From: Ionaspis alba
Taxonomy: Eukaryota
Reading direction: 5' to 3'
DNA: 44,225 nt
Assembly (NCBI GenBank): GCA_964255285.1
Contig: CAXUUL010000055.1
Span: forward strand, 1-44,225
The notes beneath the pieces were generated by a model that was given only the letters and a program-made list of their open reading frames with translations, had not been told where the DNA came from and ran no database searches. Position numbers and translations under genes: made by a program. This document shows positions 1 to 11,341 of this stretch, piece by piece; the first letter of the stretch is position 1, and each line of letters opens with the position of its first letter.

Positions 1-1076
1 TGAATACAGTTAGAAGATGCGCATAACGTGCAGTCAGAGAACCTCTTTGCAGGCGTAATAGATCGAAGACAAGGAAGTCAGCAGGTCCCGATAGTTTCTG
101 GCGTTGGTACTGATGCCAGAACACGCTGTATTTCACATGGTATATCAGTATCAAACATGCATATACGTGCATATAATCGCAAGCATCAAAGTTTTTGTGA
201 AGACCGGAGTGCGAATCAGGGCAAATGAAACGAGGAAACTCACCCCCAGAAGCGACGCACACTATAAGCCTCCTTCAACGACCCAAAAGACGGCGGCCAA
301 TCCTTCCGCTCATCTATGCCAAGACCAACGCAAAGGAACGCATAAAAGTTGGTGCCAGCCTGAATCACGCAGTACAGACTGACCCAGAGCCCCAACGTGG
401 TCGCCACTCTGACAATAAGGTCTTCGCCCGAAACCGTGCCGAGACGGCGGAAAAAGGGGACTTTGCGAGCAGAAAAGTTGATGGCGTTCACATCCGCCTG
501 TTGAGGCGCTGAGGTCGCTAGGTCGAGGATCGTGTAGCAGACGAGGATGATCAAGAGCTTATGGAGGAGGAATCGGCGGCGAGAGGGGACGTATTGCGGG
601 TCTTTAGTGGAGAAACGAGGGACGTTTTTCACTTCGTCTGGGGCTCCGATGTTGCGGTAGGAGAAGACTGCTCGGTAGCCGAAGCGTAATCGATCCCCGA
701 CTATTCCACGAGAGGTGGTGTTTCCTTCCTTGCCGTTCGTTCCTCCGTTGGTTGTGGCTTTGGCCGACAAGTCTCGAGGAACTAAGCTTGAGCTTCTGGT
801 CTCAAAGCTCCAATGGCTCAACAGAGCAGTCTCAATGTATTGAAGCAGGCATGTGATGCCGCTGCCTGTAAAGTAACTCGCCCAGAAGATTCGGCCGGTA
901 CGGTCCAGAGCTGTCGGTATCACAATGGCTACACAAGCCACCAGTAACGGCAAAGCAGCGAGACGTACAGGTGAGGAGGGGGTTGTGAAGCCAAGAATGC
1001 AGGCGACTGTGATGGTTTCAAAGAGATAAACAACTGCAGGATGTAGCAGCGGCGAGGTCGCAGAACCTGAAGCCAT
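1..1076 (-). CDS. Membrane-bound O-acyltransferase, wax-synthase/MBOAT_2 (Tri7-like) family; 3' end runs off the window
   Basis: Exon 1 is 1076-244 and intron 243-126 reads GTGAGT...TACAG. Exon 2 runs from 125 to <1. Splicing gives DWPPSFGSLKEAYSVRRFWG-VFWHQ, the family signature. Multiple hydrophobic helices and a VPSRRRFL motif are present. Confidence 0.9.
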
Positions 1077-1814
1077 GGCTTGTTGACGAAAAGCCCAGGA
1101 GAGGGAAAGAAACGGTGATGTGGGTAGTAGTGGAAAGGTGGGGTGAGGGTCATCGACCTTGCTATTGATTGTGGAATATTGAGATTCTCACTTTCTCAAG
1201 TAAAAACCCCCACTGCTCGTGAGGGACGGGCCGCCCTTTGCTTTTGGCTGCCGGCTTCCTTGTTGTCTCAGCGCTTTCGTGCCTCTTGCTTGCATACTGT
1301 ACTTTGGCTCGGACGATCATTTTCCATCTACCGGGTGCGAGTCGACGGGTGAAGCCGACCTGATGTTGGGATTTACGTCCGTACATGTCCACTATCGGTG
1401 TTGGATAACAGATTACCAGGGCCGGAGGCACCCTATCATGTTTCGTGCGGAGAACCCTTCCGGAATAACAATAACCACAAGCTTTTTCTCAGCCGTTCTC
1501 AACAAAAATGTTACCAGAGACCTGGCCCTGCATGGAAAAGAATCCCATAAGATACGCATATGGTTGATCTATTCAGTTTTTCTATACAAGGATAAACGGG
1601 AGTGCATATAGGGTCGCATCCTTCAGCTTCCTTCGCGGGTAGCTTATCGATCCCCCCCGGTTTCTTGAGTTCCCCCAATACCCCGCCAACTCCAGCAAAC
1701 AACAGCCACTAATTTTGAGTTAAAATCAGCCAACACTCGAGGCTTGGTCAAGGAGCCGGGGTGAGCGAAAGACCAACAATCACCGATATGGATCCTTTCC
1801 AGACCTCTAGGGGT

Positions 1815-1846
1815 GATATATGAAGGGGCGATATATGAAGGGGCGA
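1815..1846. repeat. Perfect 15-bp tandem duplication (GATATATGAAGGGGC x2) in the divergent intergenic region
   Basis: Read directly at 1815-1829 and 1830-1844, followed by a partial third unit (GA). Confidence 0.9.
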
Positions 1847-2732
1847 GCTGAAGCACAACGGCCTGCGTCCACGGGCTCGGATTACACGACAGGAATCACG
1901 TCCGTGGCTGTGGGCCTGATGATGACATGCTTGTCGGTGCGTCATGCTTACAAGTGCGACCTTGAGAATCCTGTTGGCTACTGCAATGCAGATCGGTAAG
2001 CTGTGCCCTGCATATCCAGGAACGGAGCGAAATAGCAGCACATACGATCCCTGGCAGGATGCCTGTGGATGGTAGACCTCGACCACAGTGCCGCAACACC
2101 AAGCTAGTAATCATATAGCGAAACAAGGTAAATTTCAAACATAGTTCTAGATCTGGGTGACTACACTCTTCGCTTTTCTGCTTAGGGCACGTTCTGGGGC
2201 TATGCGAGAAGCATCACTAAGCGGACTTGGACGCTTGGGGCGTTCAAGCCCTTTCCCGCAGATCCCTGTGAAGGATATTTTTCTACTTAACTCCAACATC
2301 ATACCATTGCTGTGCCGTACTGTTTGTTTGTCCTCTTTCTTTCCCAGCTGAGCTCTGGCGGACCCATGCCCGTCCGCACTACTCTCATGATGATCTGGAA
2401 TTCTCATACACAGCCTGCTGAGAGGGCTGGTGGCAAGGGTAGATGCCGAATAAAGAGTTTTACCAGGGGTTCTACGTGAAGAGACGGCGTCGCTACCTCT
2501 ACTGGAAGCCAGAATGTGCCTCGCCCTGTGGCAATTGATGGCCGGCTAGGATGAGTTCTCCCCGTGTCAGACTGGACCTCTGGCCCTCGGGGATGGTTGT
2601 GTGACGAGGAGGGGAGGAGGATATTTGAAGTACTTGTTGCTCGGTCCATGGTTTTCAAGTGCTTATCAGTCGTTCTTTGCTATCCACCATTCACTCCAAT
2701 ATATCCAAGTAATCCAGTGTACATTGGCAATC

Positions 2733-4678
2733 ATGGATAACAATACGATGGCATTGATCCCATGGCATAGCCATTTCCATCCTTCTATTATTCCTGAACC
2801 ATTGCCTTTGTATATCGACCATTCCAATCAGGCGCTTCGAGTCTGGCTTGTTTCGGGTCTTTGTAGCTGGGCTTCTGCAGGTGTTCTGACAATCTTATCA
2901 TCGTTCATGGTCACATATCTTGTCACTTTGCTGCGGTGGAATCTTGCACTCCAAGATGACGACACATCAAAGAAGCCACCCATGGTACCTTACTGGATTC
3001 CACTGCTTGGACATGCAATTTCGTTCCTTTGGGATACTGCGGAACTAGCTACATCGATTGTGTAAGTTGAATCCCCAGGCTATTACAGTCCAGCTACTCG
3101 GTGACAAGACTGACATAGTATTTACCAGCGATCGATTTGGGACTTCCGTCCCTGTTCGTCTACGATTGTTCAATGCGGAGCTGTATTTGATCTCGGGAAC
3201 TCAAAATCTCAAACAGGTCTGGAGGAAGTCGCAGTACCTTTCGTCCAAAGTCCAAGTCCTGATTGGCGTTGGTACATTGTTTGGCACGCCAAAGGAAGCT
3301 CTTGATTTCTATGAGGCTGATGACTCCGGAAACAACCACCTGCCCCACCCCGACAGCAATATTCACCCAGAGAACCGCATCCATCACCTCACGCATAAAA
3401 CAACAATCGAACTCCTCGCCGGCAAGCACTTACATTCGCTAGCCAAATCCTTCCAGACCTTGTTTGAGAAACGCGTTTGCAATCTTGAAGTAGGATCTGG
3501 CTGGACTGATATGCCAGATCTTCTGGATTTGCTACAGTCCAACATGTTTTCTGCAGCTGTTGAGGCGATGTGCGGGCCATACCTGCTAGCGGCCAGCCCT
3601 GACTTTGTCCGAGATTTCTGGGCCTTTGACAGCTATACGCCATGGATAATCAAGGGCTATCCCAGGATCTTGAAGCCTACTGCATGGCGAGCGAGAGATA
3701 GATGTCTCGAGGATGTGAAAAGATGGCACACATATGTCAAACAGCACGATACCACCACAGTTGTGGATACAGAGAGTGCTCAGGATCCTTTCTATGGAAC
3801 TGGTCTGATGAGAGCAAGGCAGAGTTACAGCTCAAAGATGAAGCCAATGAATGCCGATGCAGTCAGCAGCGCTGATCTCGGGCTGATCTGGGCGTAAGTT
3901 CTCCTCCGCTCGATTTTCGCACGTGTGGGACTTGGCTAACTTCGACAACAGAACAAATTCTAATACCATTCCGGCTGCTTTCTGGATGCTGGCCAACGTG
4001 GTTCAAGATCCATCTCTTCTTTCCCGAGTTCGCAGCGAGCTTTCCAGCTGTCTTTCTCCTTCATCCCCATCGGACTCCTTGGACTTCGACCTAGCCAGAC
4101 TATGCGATCGACCACTGCTACAATCCATCTACGCGGAGGTTCTCCGTCTCTACACATCTGTCATGATCGTCCGGAGCACAGAATATACAGACGTCACTAT
4201 CGGGAACTGGACCTTCCCCAAAGATAGCATGATCGCAATTTCGAGCCAGATGGCACATATGGACAAGGAAGTCTGGAGCACAGGGTACGAAGCGCGTCAC
4301 CCATTACAAGAATTCTGGGCCGAGAGGTTCCTGGTCTTCAAGCATGACCCAAGTAGCGGACCATCCAACAAACGACCCCAAGATAGCCAGCCTTATCCGG
4401 CCAGCAGGGATGCCGGGGAGGCTAAATTCTCTCTCAGCGGCGTTACAGGCTCATGGATTCCTTATGGTGGTGGCTCGAAGATGTGCCCGGGAAGGCACTT
4501 CGCCAAGCAGGAGATCTTGCTCACGTTCGCCATTCTGTGCAGCGCCTTTGATATAGAGCTGCGCACAAATGCCAAGTCAGGACCCCAGCCAGATATGAGA
4601 TTTTATGGATTGGGAACACTGCCACCTCGGGCAAAGACTCCCTTCCGCATTAGAAGGAGAACAGGGATACTTGTATGA
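2733..4678 (+). CDS. Cytochrome P450 monooxygenase, CYP7/CYP8-like, about 606 aa
   Basis: Exons 2733-3061, 3129-3893 and 3952-4678 (GTAAGT...CAG introns) join in frame. The protein has an N-terminal TM anchor, PPMVPYWIPLLGH, I-helix WATNSNTIPAAFW, EXXR motif (EVLR) and heme motif PYGGGSKMCPGRHFA. Confidence 0.95.
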
Positions 4679-5106
4679 GTTTAGTAGATTGTGTGCAGGA
4701 TCTTTACAGTACTGTCGGTGCAGATAGATCTCATGGCGTTCGCCTGTGTAGTCTAGTATCATTACTCAGAATACTTAGAATAGTTGAACTATTTGATGGC
4801 GAAACTTCAGTGCCAACATGTATAAGCTACGTACAAGGCGAGTGGATGTGGTTCCGTTGCCGCACGAAAAGAGCCCCAGGCTTAGTGGATGTGGGGATTC
4901 CCATAACAAGGGGCTGACACCCCAAAGCCCGCCCCCTCGGCTCGCTAGAATTATGAATGTGTAGCGAAAACGAAAGCTGACCATCATAATCGAGCTGATG
5001 CCCGGTACTCGCTTTTACCGGCCTCTAGCTCGCCCTGGTCTTGCGGGGCATGGCCCTAACTACTGCAAACACCGCCCCCAGCTAAGATTAAGCCTGAAAC
5101 AGTGGA

Positions 5107-5316
5107 CGGTCAACTAATCTAGCTCACTAAATCGCGCGCAGATGAGCTGATGCTTAGCAAGNNNNNNNNNNNNNNNNNNNNNNNNNNNNNNNNNNNNNNN
5201 NNNNNNNNNNNNNNNNNNNNNNNNNNNNNNNNNNNNNNNNNNNNNNNNNNNNNNNNNNNNNCGGTCAACTAATCTAGCTCACTAAATCGCGCGCAGATGA
5301 GCTGATGCTTAGCAAG
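5107..5316. other. Scaffold gap (N 5162-5261) flanked by an identical 55-nt sequence on both sides; assembly overlap artefact
   Basis: 5107-5161 is identical to 5262-5316. Confidence 0.9.
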
Positions 5317-5957
5317 CACCGGAGGGCTGAGCGGCTAAATGAACGAAGGTTTGGTTGGACGAAATGGCTTTCGTCCTGGTCGCCGAACGGTCGATCGTGA
5401 TATGTGAAAAAAATGCTGTACGCCACCAACAGCTCAAGTGCGGCGTTGCACTCCGCATGGAAAGCATGATATTTGATGCATAACAGCAATTGATCGACCC
5501 GTAGCGTTGAATCCCTGCTAAGAGTAAGCATGACGGCCTCGTCCAATTGCAACAGGCTCTGGAAGCCCTGCATACCTCGCCGCAAGAATGGTCAGTCTCA
5601 GGCCTTTCTTTCCAGCTTATCTGCTCAGCCGGTTGCTTGCATGCGGTGAGGGGGTGTTGCCTGTGTATGATGACCCGGGACTATCGATCTAGAGCATCGG
5701 ATGTATTCTTCTTTTTTTTGCCGTTGGTATTGCACCTGCAGCAGGAAAAGCAAGACTGGGATGGTCATGGTGATGCCACCGGTCTTCAGTGATTCCCCCC
5801 ACGTTCTACTATTTTATATTAGATGTTGGCTCTGTCCATTTTCTTCAGTTGTTTCCCTGACCGAGGAATATTTTCCAGAGATCATACCCTTGATCTGATT
5901 GAATTCTTGCCTTCACATCTTTGAATGCTCTGAAGTCCAAATTCGATTCAAGCAGCC

Positions 5958-7266
5958 ATGTCTCAATCCGCACCTTCGGTCAAAGAATTAGCAGTGGCAC
6001 AAAAGACATTCACTGTGAGCCGCGAGATCCTGTTGCTTATACTAAGTGTCCTGCGTGGTCGTAGCTGACCATCGTTCTCTCCAGGGTCTTATGTGGGGTG
6101 GAGTAGCCGTTACTTTCTGCTTCGTTGCCTTTAGAGGCTACGTCCGGCTCAGTCTCTTCCGCCGCCTGTTCGTCGACGACGCCTTGGTGTTCGCATCATG
6201 GCTGATGTTGATGGGAAATGCCATCACCTGGCAGATTGCATCCGGGTCAATGTACACACTCGTGAACGTTGAGAACGGAGTGCAACTCCCACCGCCCGAT
6301 TTTTTCGATCAGCTGAAGTTGTTTTTCCGCTCGCAAATCGCAGTCAATCTACTCATGACATGTGGTCTCTGGGCTATAAAGCTTTCGTTCATGCTTTTCT
6401 TCAGGAAGCTGGGACACAACGTCAGAGGCCAGAAGCCACTGTGGTGGGGTGTCCTGATTGCGATTGTCGCTGCGTTTGCTATTTGTATTGGCGTCTACGA
6501 TTGGCCATGCCTGGTCAGACCTCTTCCTGAGATCATCTGTGAGTACAGCTCTTTACGTTCGATTCTATCGTGTGGGTCGGCTAAAATGCGGCAGCCTACT
6601 GTCCAACTCCCAAAGCTCAATCTTACTCACTCCTGTCTCTACGGATCATAACGGGATGTGATGTCATTACGGACCTTTTGAGTAGGTTAATCCAACGAGT
6701 ATGTCTTATTTTAATTGACTGACCTTTCTAGTCCTGACTATTCCGATCAATCTATTGTGGAAGGTACAGATCAGCAATCGCTACAAGCTGGCCCTTATTG
6801 GGTTGTTCTCTCTTACATTGTTCGTTATGGTCGTGGCCATTATCAGAGTCGTAGTGGCTATCGGTTCCGGCAACGGAGTGGACAGCAGCTGGTTATATAC
6901 ATGGGGTCCGATCGAGCAAGCAACCGGTATGTTATCTTCGAACCCAGAACGTCCTGATCTAAAGCATCGTAATGATCTAACGTGACGTCTCAAACAGCTA
7001 TAATTATAGCATGCCTTGTATCATACAAAGCGCTATTCAACAAGGACTCCCTTCCAAAACATCGTTACACAGGGGGCTCGAGCAAGTATCCACTTCGATA
7101 CAAAACCATGAAGAACTCGACAGTCCACGACACGACAGTGGAAGCGAACAAGAGCTCGTCCTCATCCCTGGGCACCGAAGCTGTACCTCACGACACCATA
7201 CACGTCCGCAGCGAGTATACTGTTGGTACAGACCGAGGTATGGCCCATGGCCCCACGTATGTTTGA
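5958..7266 (+). CDS. PTH11-like / SAT4-family fungal rhodopsin-domain 7TM integral membrane protein without CFEM, about 353 aa
   Basis: Five exons (5958-6014, 6085-6538, 6595-6681, 6732-6926, 6998-7266) with GT-AG introns sum to a whole number of codons. Motifs: RxYVR...DD, WAIKLSFMLFF, DVITDLLILTIP, IEQATAIIIACL. Seven hydrophobic segments. Confidence 0.9.
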
Positions 7267-7490
7267 TAAATTACCATGTTTTTCTTGGAGTTTAAGCGTT
7301 CGGAATTGTCGGAAGCGACAATGAGAAGACATTATGGTCCTATTAGCACTAGAAGCGCAATTGAGCTTTTCCATTTGAATCGCATAAACTATATGAAATA
7401 ACGAGAGCATCTCGAATTTACCTTCGAGGTCACGATCCAGCGATTGCTATTCTTGTAAGAAACAACTCTTGGCAGAAGGCGCCAAATCCA

Positions 7491-8134
7491 ATCCCGGCGG
7501 CTTATCCCGCAGCGCATTAGAGCAGGAACACCCGCTCTTCCCCGGCTGGCTCCCGGCCCTAGATCCCCTAAAGCACAAGCTCCAGCTGTCTAGGCCTTCT
7601 AACTGGCGACCGTCTTGTGCAACTAGTAAACAAAGAGAATAGAAATCCTTCCAATCCTTCCAACGGGATGGATGTGATGGGATTTTCTTGCACTACTTCC
7701 TCTTCCCCGTTATCCCGTAAGATGCCGATGTGATTCCCTCAGTTCTGAATGATGTGATGACCCGTTTGATTGGATCCGGCATTCGAAACAGGATTTCTGG
7801 AGCCTGCTCTGGATTTTGTTGCTAAACAAACGGCTCTCTCAAACCCCCTGAGAGCACGAGACAGCTTTGTCTCTATGACTTTGGAGCTCTCCCCGGATTT
7901 CCTAAGCTGTCACAAGTTTCTCCTTGACACTGCAATTGATGCGTGATTGTCTAAGAAACCCTTCGAGCTACATCCTCAATATCTCAATCACGTCTCTGTA
8001 CTAGCTCTTTACACCAACATGAATCCCATATTGTCATTACAGAATTCATCTGCGTGACTTCCTCTTTTGGAGCACTCATGAGAAGCTTCTCGCCAAGACT
8101 TCATTGTCAAAACTCACTGCCTATTGTTTGTTTA
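7491..8134 (+). promoter_or_regulatory. Putative promoter of the CM1 gene with forkhead-like sites and a repeated ATCCCG motif
   Basis: GTAAACAAA at 7626-7634, TAAACAAA at 7823-7830 and TTGTTTGTTTA at 8124-8134. ATCCCG occurs at 7491, 7504 and 7712, and reversed at 7664. Confidence 0.35.
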
Positions 8135-8169
8135 GATTCAGTCTAGCCTCACTGCAGTAACTTCAAGCC

Positions 8170-11112
8170 ATGACCTCCAGGTCCAGATCACGACACCCCT
8201 CCGACGTGAGACCTTTAGATGAGACATACCAAGTTGCGAATACCGAGATGGCTACCGAAGCATCTAGAAGCTCCGTGCCGACATCAGCTTTATTGCAAGG
8301 TCTCTTGAAAGAAAAGAAAGCCGAGTCACGCCGTCTAAGCAGGAACCTAGAGTTTCACGCGCGTCATGTCAGCGCTCATGGTGAAACTTTTGATCCCACA
8401 CATATACAGAGCTCGCCAACCGGGCCTTCCAACGTTAGGGTGGACAAGCACCGGCAGAATAGACGAACCAGCGCAATGGGAACGAGAAACGTCTCGGCAG
8501 CTAAGGAGATGGGAGTTCGAGAAATGGAAGAAGTCAGATGTCTTCAGATACCACTACTTTACACTTCCATGCTGACCGAAGCTCTAGTATATTACTAAAA
8601 CTGACAAGCAACTTTTCGATCTCAAGCTTGAGCTTTTCCATCGCCGCCAACGTGCCGAATCTCTCGAAAGTCAATTGGAAAAGATGAAGGTTCTGGAGAC
8701 CGAGAACGAGGAAATACAGAAGACAAATGAGGAACTTCTTCGAGAGCTTGAACAACGTGATGCAGCTATAAGGGAGGCAGTGAACATGATTTGTGGGCTT
8801 GAAGAGAAGGTCGATGCATTGGAACTGGCTACGGCATCCAGGAAGTCCTCGACTGCAGCTCCTAAAGCACAAGGCTTGAGTGATTCGCCGGGAGATAACA
8901 CACTAGTACCTCCTTCGTCACCGCCGCAGCTCCCAGCTCCATCAAACACCCCCGAACGAAAAGATACTTCACGAGAACGACATCACGACGCTGTCTATCC
9001 TAGCACGACGTCTTTTGCCCCGTCGCTCGATAATGCAGGACCGTCTATCGAAACATCTTGGAGAAAACCTTCTTTCCTCAGAGAAGCCAACGAAAGCACT
9101 ACTGCATTACGCAGCTTGTATACTAATGACGAGGCTTTCAGCACTCTTTCTCTGCCCCGATCCCGAACACCCTTCTCGAACAACGAAGACCCCGAGAGCT
9201 ATGCGACGGACAATTACCTTTATAGATCACCAGCGCTCAGCGTTTTGAGCAAGAGCAGCTTTCTGAGTGTTTATGGCGAGGCTAGGAACATTACGTCAAG
9301 CCCAGCGCATCTTCCACCTCTTGATGATCATGCAGATGAGGATCGTACTGAGCCAATCTCATCCACACACCACTCGAGGATTCACAATTGGATGGATGAC
9401 AAGGGGACACCTACAAGAAGAGGTCGATCTCCTCAGAAAGTTCCTCCCGTCGATCATATCTCGTCCATTGGACAGATTCTGGGGACACCAATCAAACTAC
9501 AGAAGCGTTCGTTAAGTGCTTCGCATGGCGAGATCGTTGACTACGTATCTCGAAAGCCAGACTCGAAGCAGCACAGCAACTCACACTCTCCTTCCCTTGC
9601 TGGCCCTATTTTTGGTCATGCTGCACTACCTCCTACTCCTGATACATTTCATACGAGCTTGGCCAACGATTCGACCTCCGTCAGTGTCGTTGAGGATCAG
9701 AGTCTTCGTGGTGGTGTGCCCACGCTTGTAAACAGTGATTCCTCACTGATTCTCAGTACACGACCTCATACTGCAGACAGCCAGTTCACTCATAGCATTT
9801 TTACAACGACAGACAATATCGATGGACACATCGACAACCATTCAGAGGATGAATGGCTTTCGACCAGACCAGAATACAGTGATCATGGTGGTGACACAGA
9901 GGCAGAGCCACTTTCAGTTGCCATTCACAGCACTGTAGGAACTCTCACTCCCAGCACACAACCAGCACCGACGCCGTATGGTATGAACATGATGTTCAAC
10001 CGCGATGACTACTTCCCGCCCAACACCATCGGCATGTCCTACACCCACTACCCACCTAAGTATGATTACCGACGCCGTTCCATTCAGCCTCTGATTTCCC
10101 AATCACCTCCACCGTCCCTCACGAGAGCTGACACAGCTCCATTAATTCCGCTACAACGATCGAGTCCTCCAAAACCCAGCTTAGACACCCCTAACCATGA
10201 CCAGCAATCACAATCCTACAGAAACCCACATGCCCAACACTACCAGCTTCTGTCCAACCCAGCAATTGATTCCAAATCGTCGCGCGACGCCCATCTTCCA
10301 CGAGTCTCTAACTTCAAGACCAACACGCTTCCACGCACAAGCTCCTCTCCTGCGCACCTGCGCCCGAACCTCGCCTCCCGTCTCTTCAGACGCTCGAGCA
10401 ATTCGAAAGCCCCAGCCACCACCGCAGTGACAGCAAATCATCGTGCCAGAGCCATCTCGATCACCTCACACTCCACCACAAAAGGAGCACATCAGCTCTC
10501 GGCGCAAAGACCTAGCACCGCGAATCCGACGTCTCCGCCCAAAGCAACGCCACAAGGGCATCCACCACACCGACGACAAGGCCTTCAGCTCCAGGATACC
10601 GCACCAGCAAGCGACGACGGAGTGCTTGCACCGTTGACTAACTACCATGAAGGCACTCAGTCGGAGGACGAAGCAATGTCTATGAGCCAATACCAGGCTT
10701 CATCCAACCAAGGCTCCTTGCAGCATCGTCCAGATCCTGGTCATCGAACCGAGTCGCNNNNNNNNNNNNNNNNNNNNNNNNNNNNNNNNNNNNNNNNNNN
10801 NNNNNNNNNNNNNNNNNNNNNNNNNNNNNNNNNNNNNNNNNNNNNNNNNNNNNNNNNTCCAACCAAGGCTCCTTGCAGCATCGTCCAGATCCTGGTCATC
10901 GAACCGAGTCGCGTATGTCAGGATCGCAGAGTATAGGCGCGGCGAAAGCTCCAACGGGTAGTGGGAGTGTCAAAGGCTCGATAGGTGGTGGGAGTGTCAA
11001 GGGTCCGGTGAGTGAGAATGGAGGGAGAAAGTGGGCGAGGATAGGACTGGGAAGGACGGCGAGTCATGGGTTTAGTAAAGGGTGGGGGTGGGGAAGTCGT
11101 GAGGGTGTTTGA
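8170..11112 (+). CDS. Centrosomin N-terminal motif 1 (CM1/Cnn_1N) protein with a short coiled coil and long disordered tail, about 910 aa
   Basis: Exon 1 is 8170-8532 and intron 8533-8587 is GT...TAG. Splicing gives MGVREMEE-YITKTDKQLFDLKLELFHRRQR (CM1 motif). Collapsing the 55-nt gap overlap keeps the frame open to TGA at 11110-11112. Confidence 0.8.
10703..10912. other. Scaffold gap (N 10758-10857) with identical 55-nt flanks; assembly overlap artefact inside a CDS
   Basis: 10703-10757 is identical to 10858-10912, and merging the copies restores the reading frame. Confidence 0.9.
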
Positions 11113-11341
11113 GAAGGGAGTTTTGTGCTGAGGAATCAAGATGAGAGGGAAGGGTATTGGAAGAGCGAGATCGAAGGATAGAGATGATGGATAGGAATTC
11201 CTCGTAGCGTGTCAACGAAATAGTTCTACGTTTCTTGACACCGATTTCCAATGCTATTATCACCGATTCGTTTCCGATTGACTATATACCCTTTGATAGT
11301 GTCCAAGTTGAATCACCTGCTCAACCTTCTCAGCATCTCTT

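Noticed and set aside
7754..7851. Possible C/D-box snoRNA (GTGATGA ... CTGA, about 98 nt)
   Set aside because: No terminal stem and no rRNA-complementary guide that I could recognise. It lies in a likely promoter, and such boxes occur by chance.
10703..10912. Apparent 55-nt direct repeats around N runs (also 5107-5316 and 21930-22139) as mobile-element ends or CRISPR-like repeats
   Set aside because: Each is exactly 55 nt, abuts a 100-N gap and differs from the others. Merging restores a reading frame, so these are assembly overlaps.
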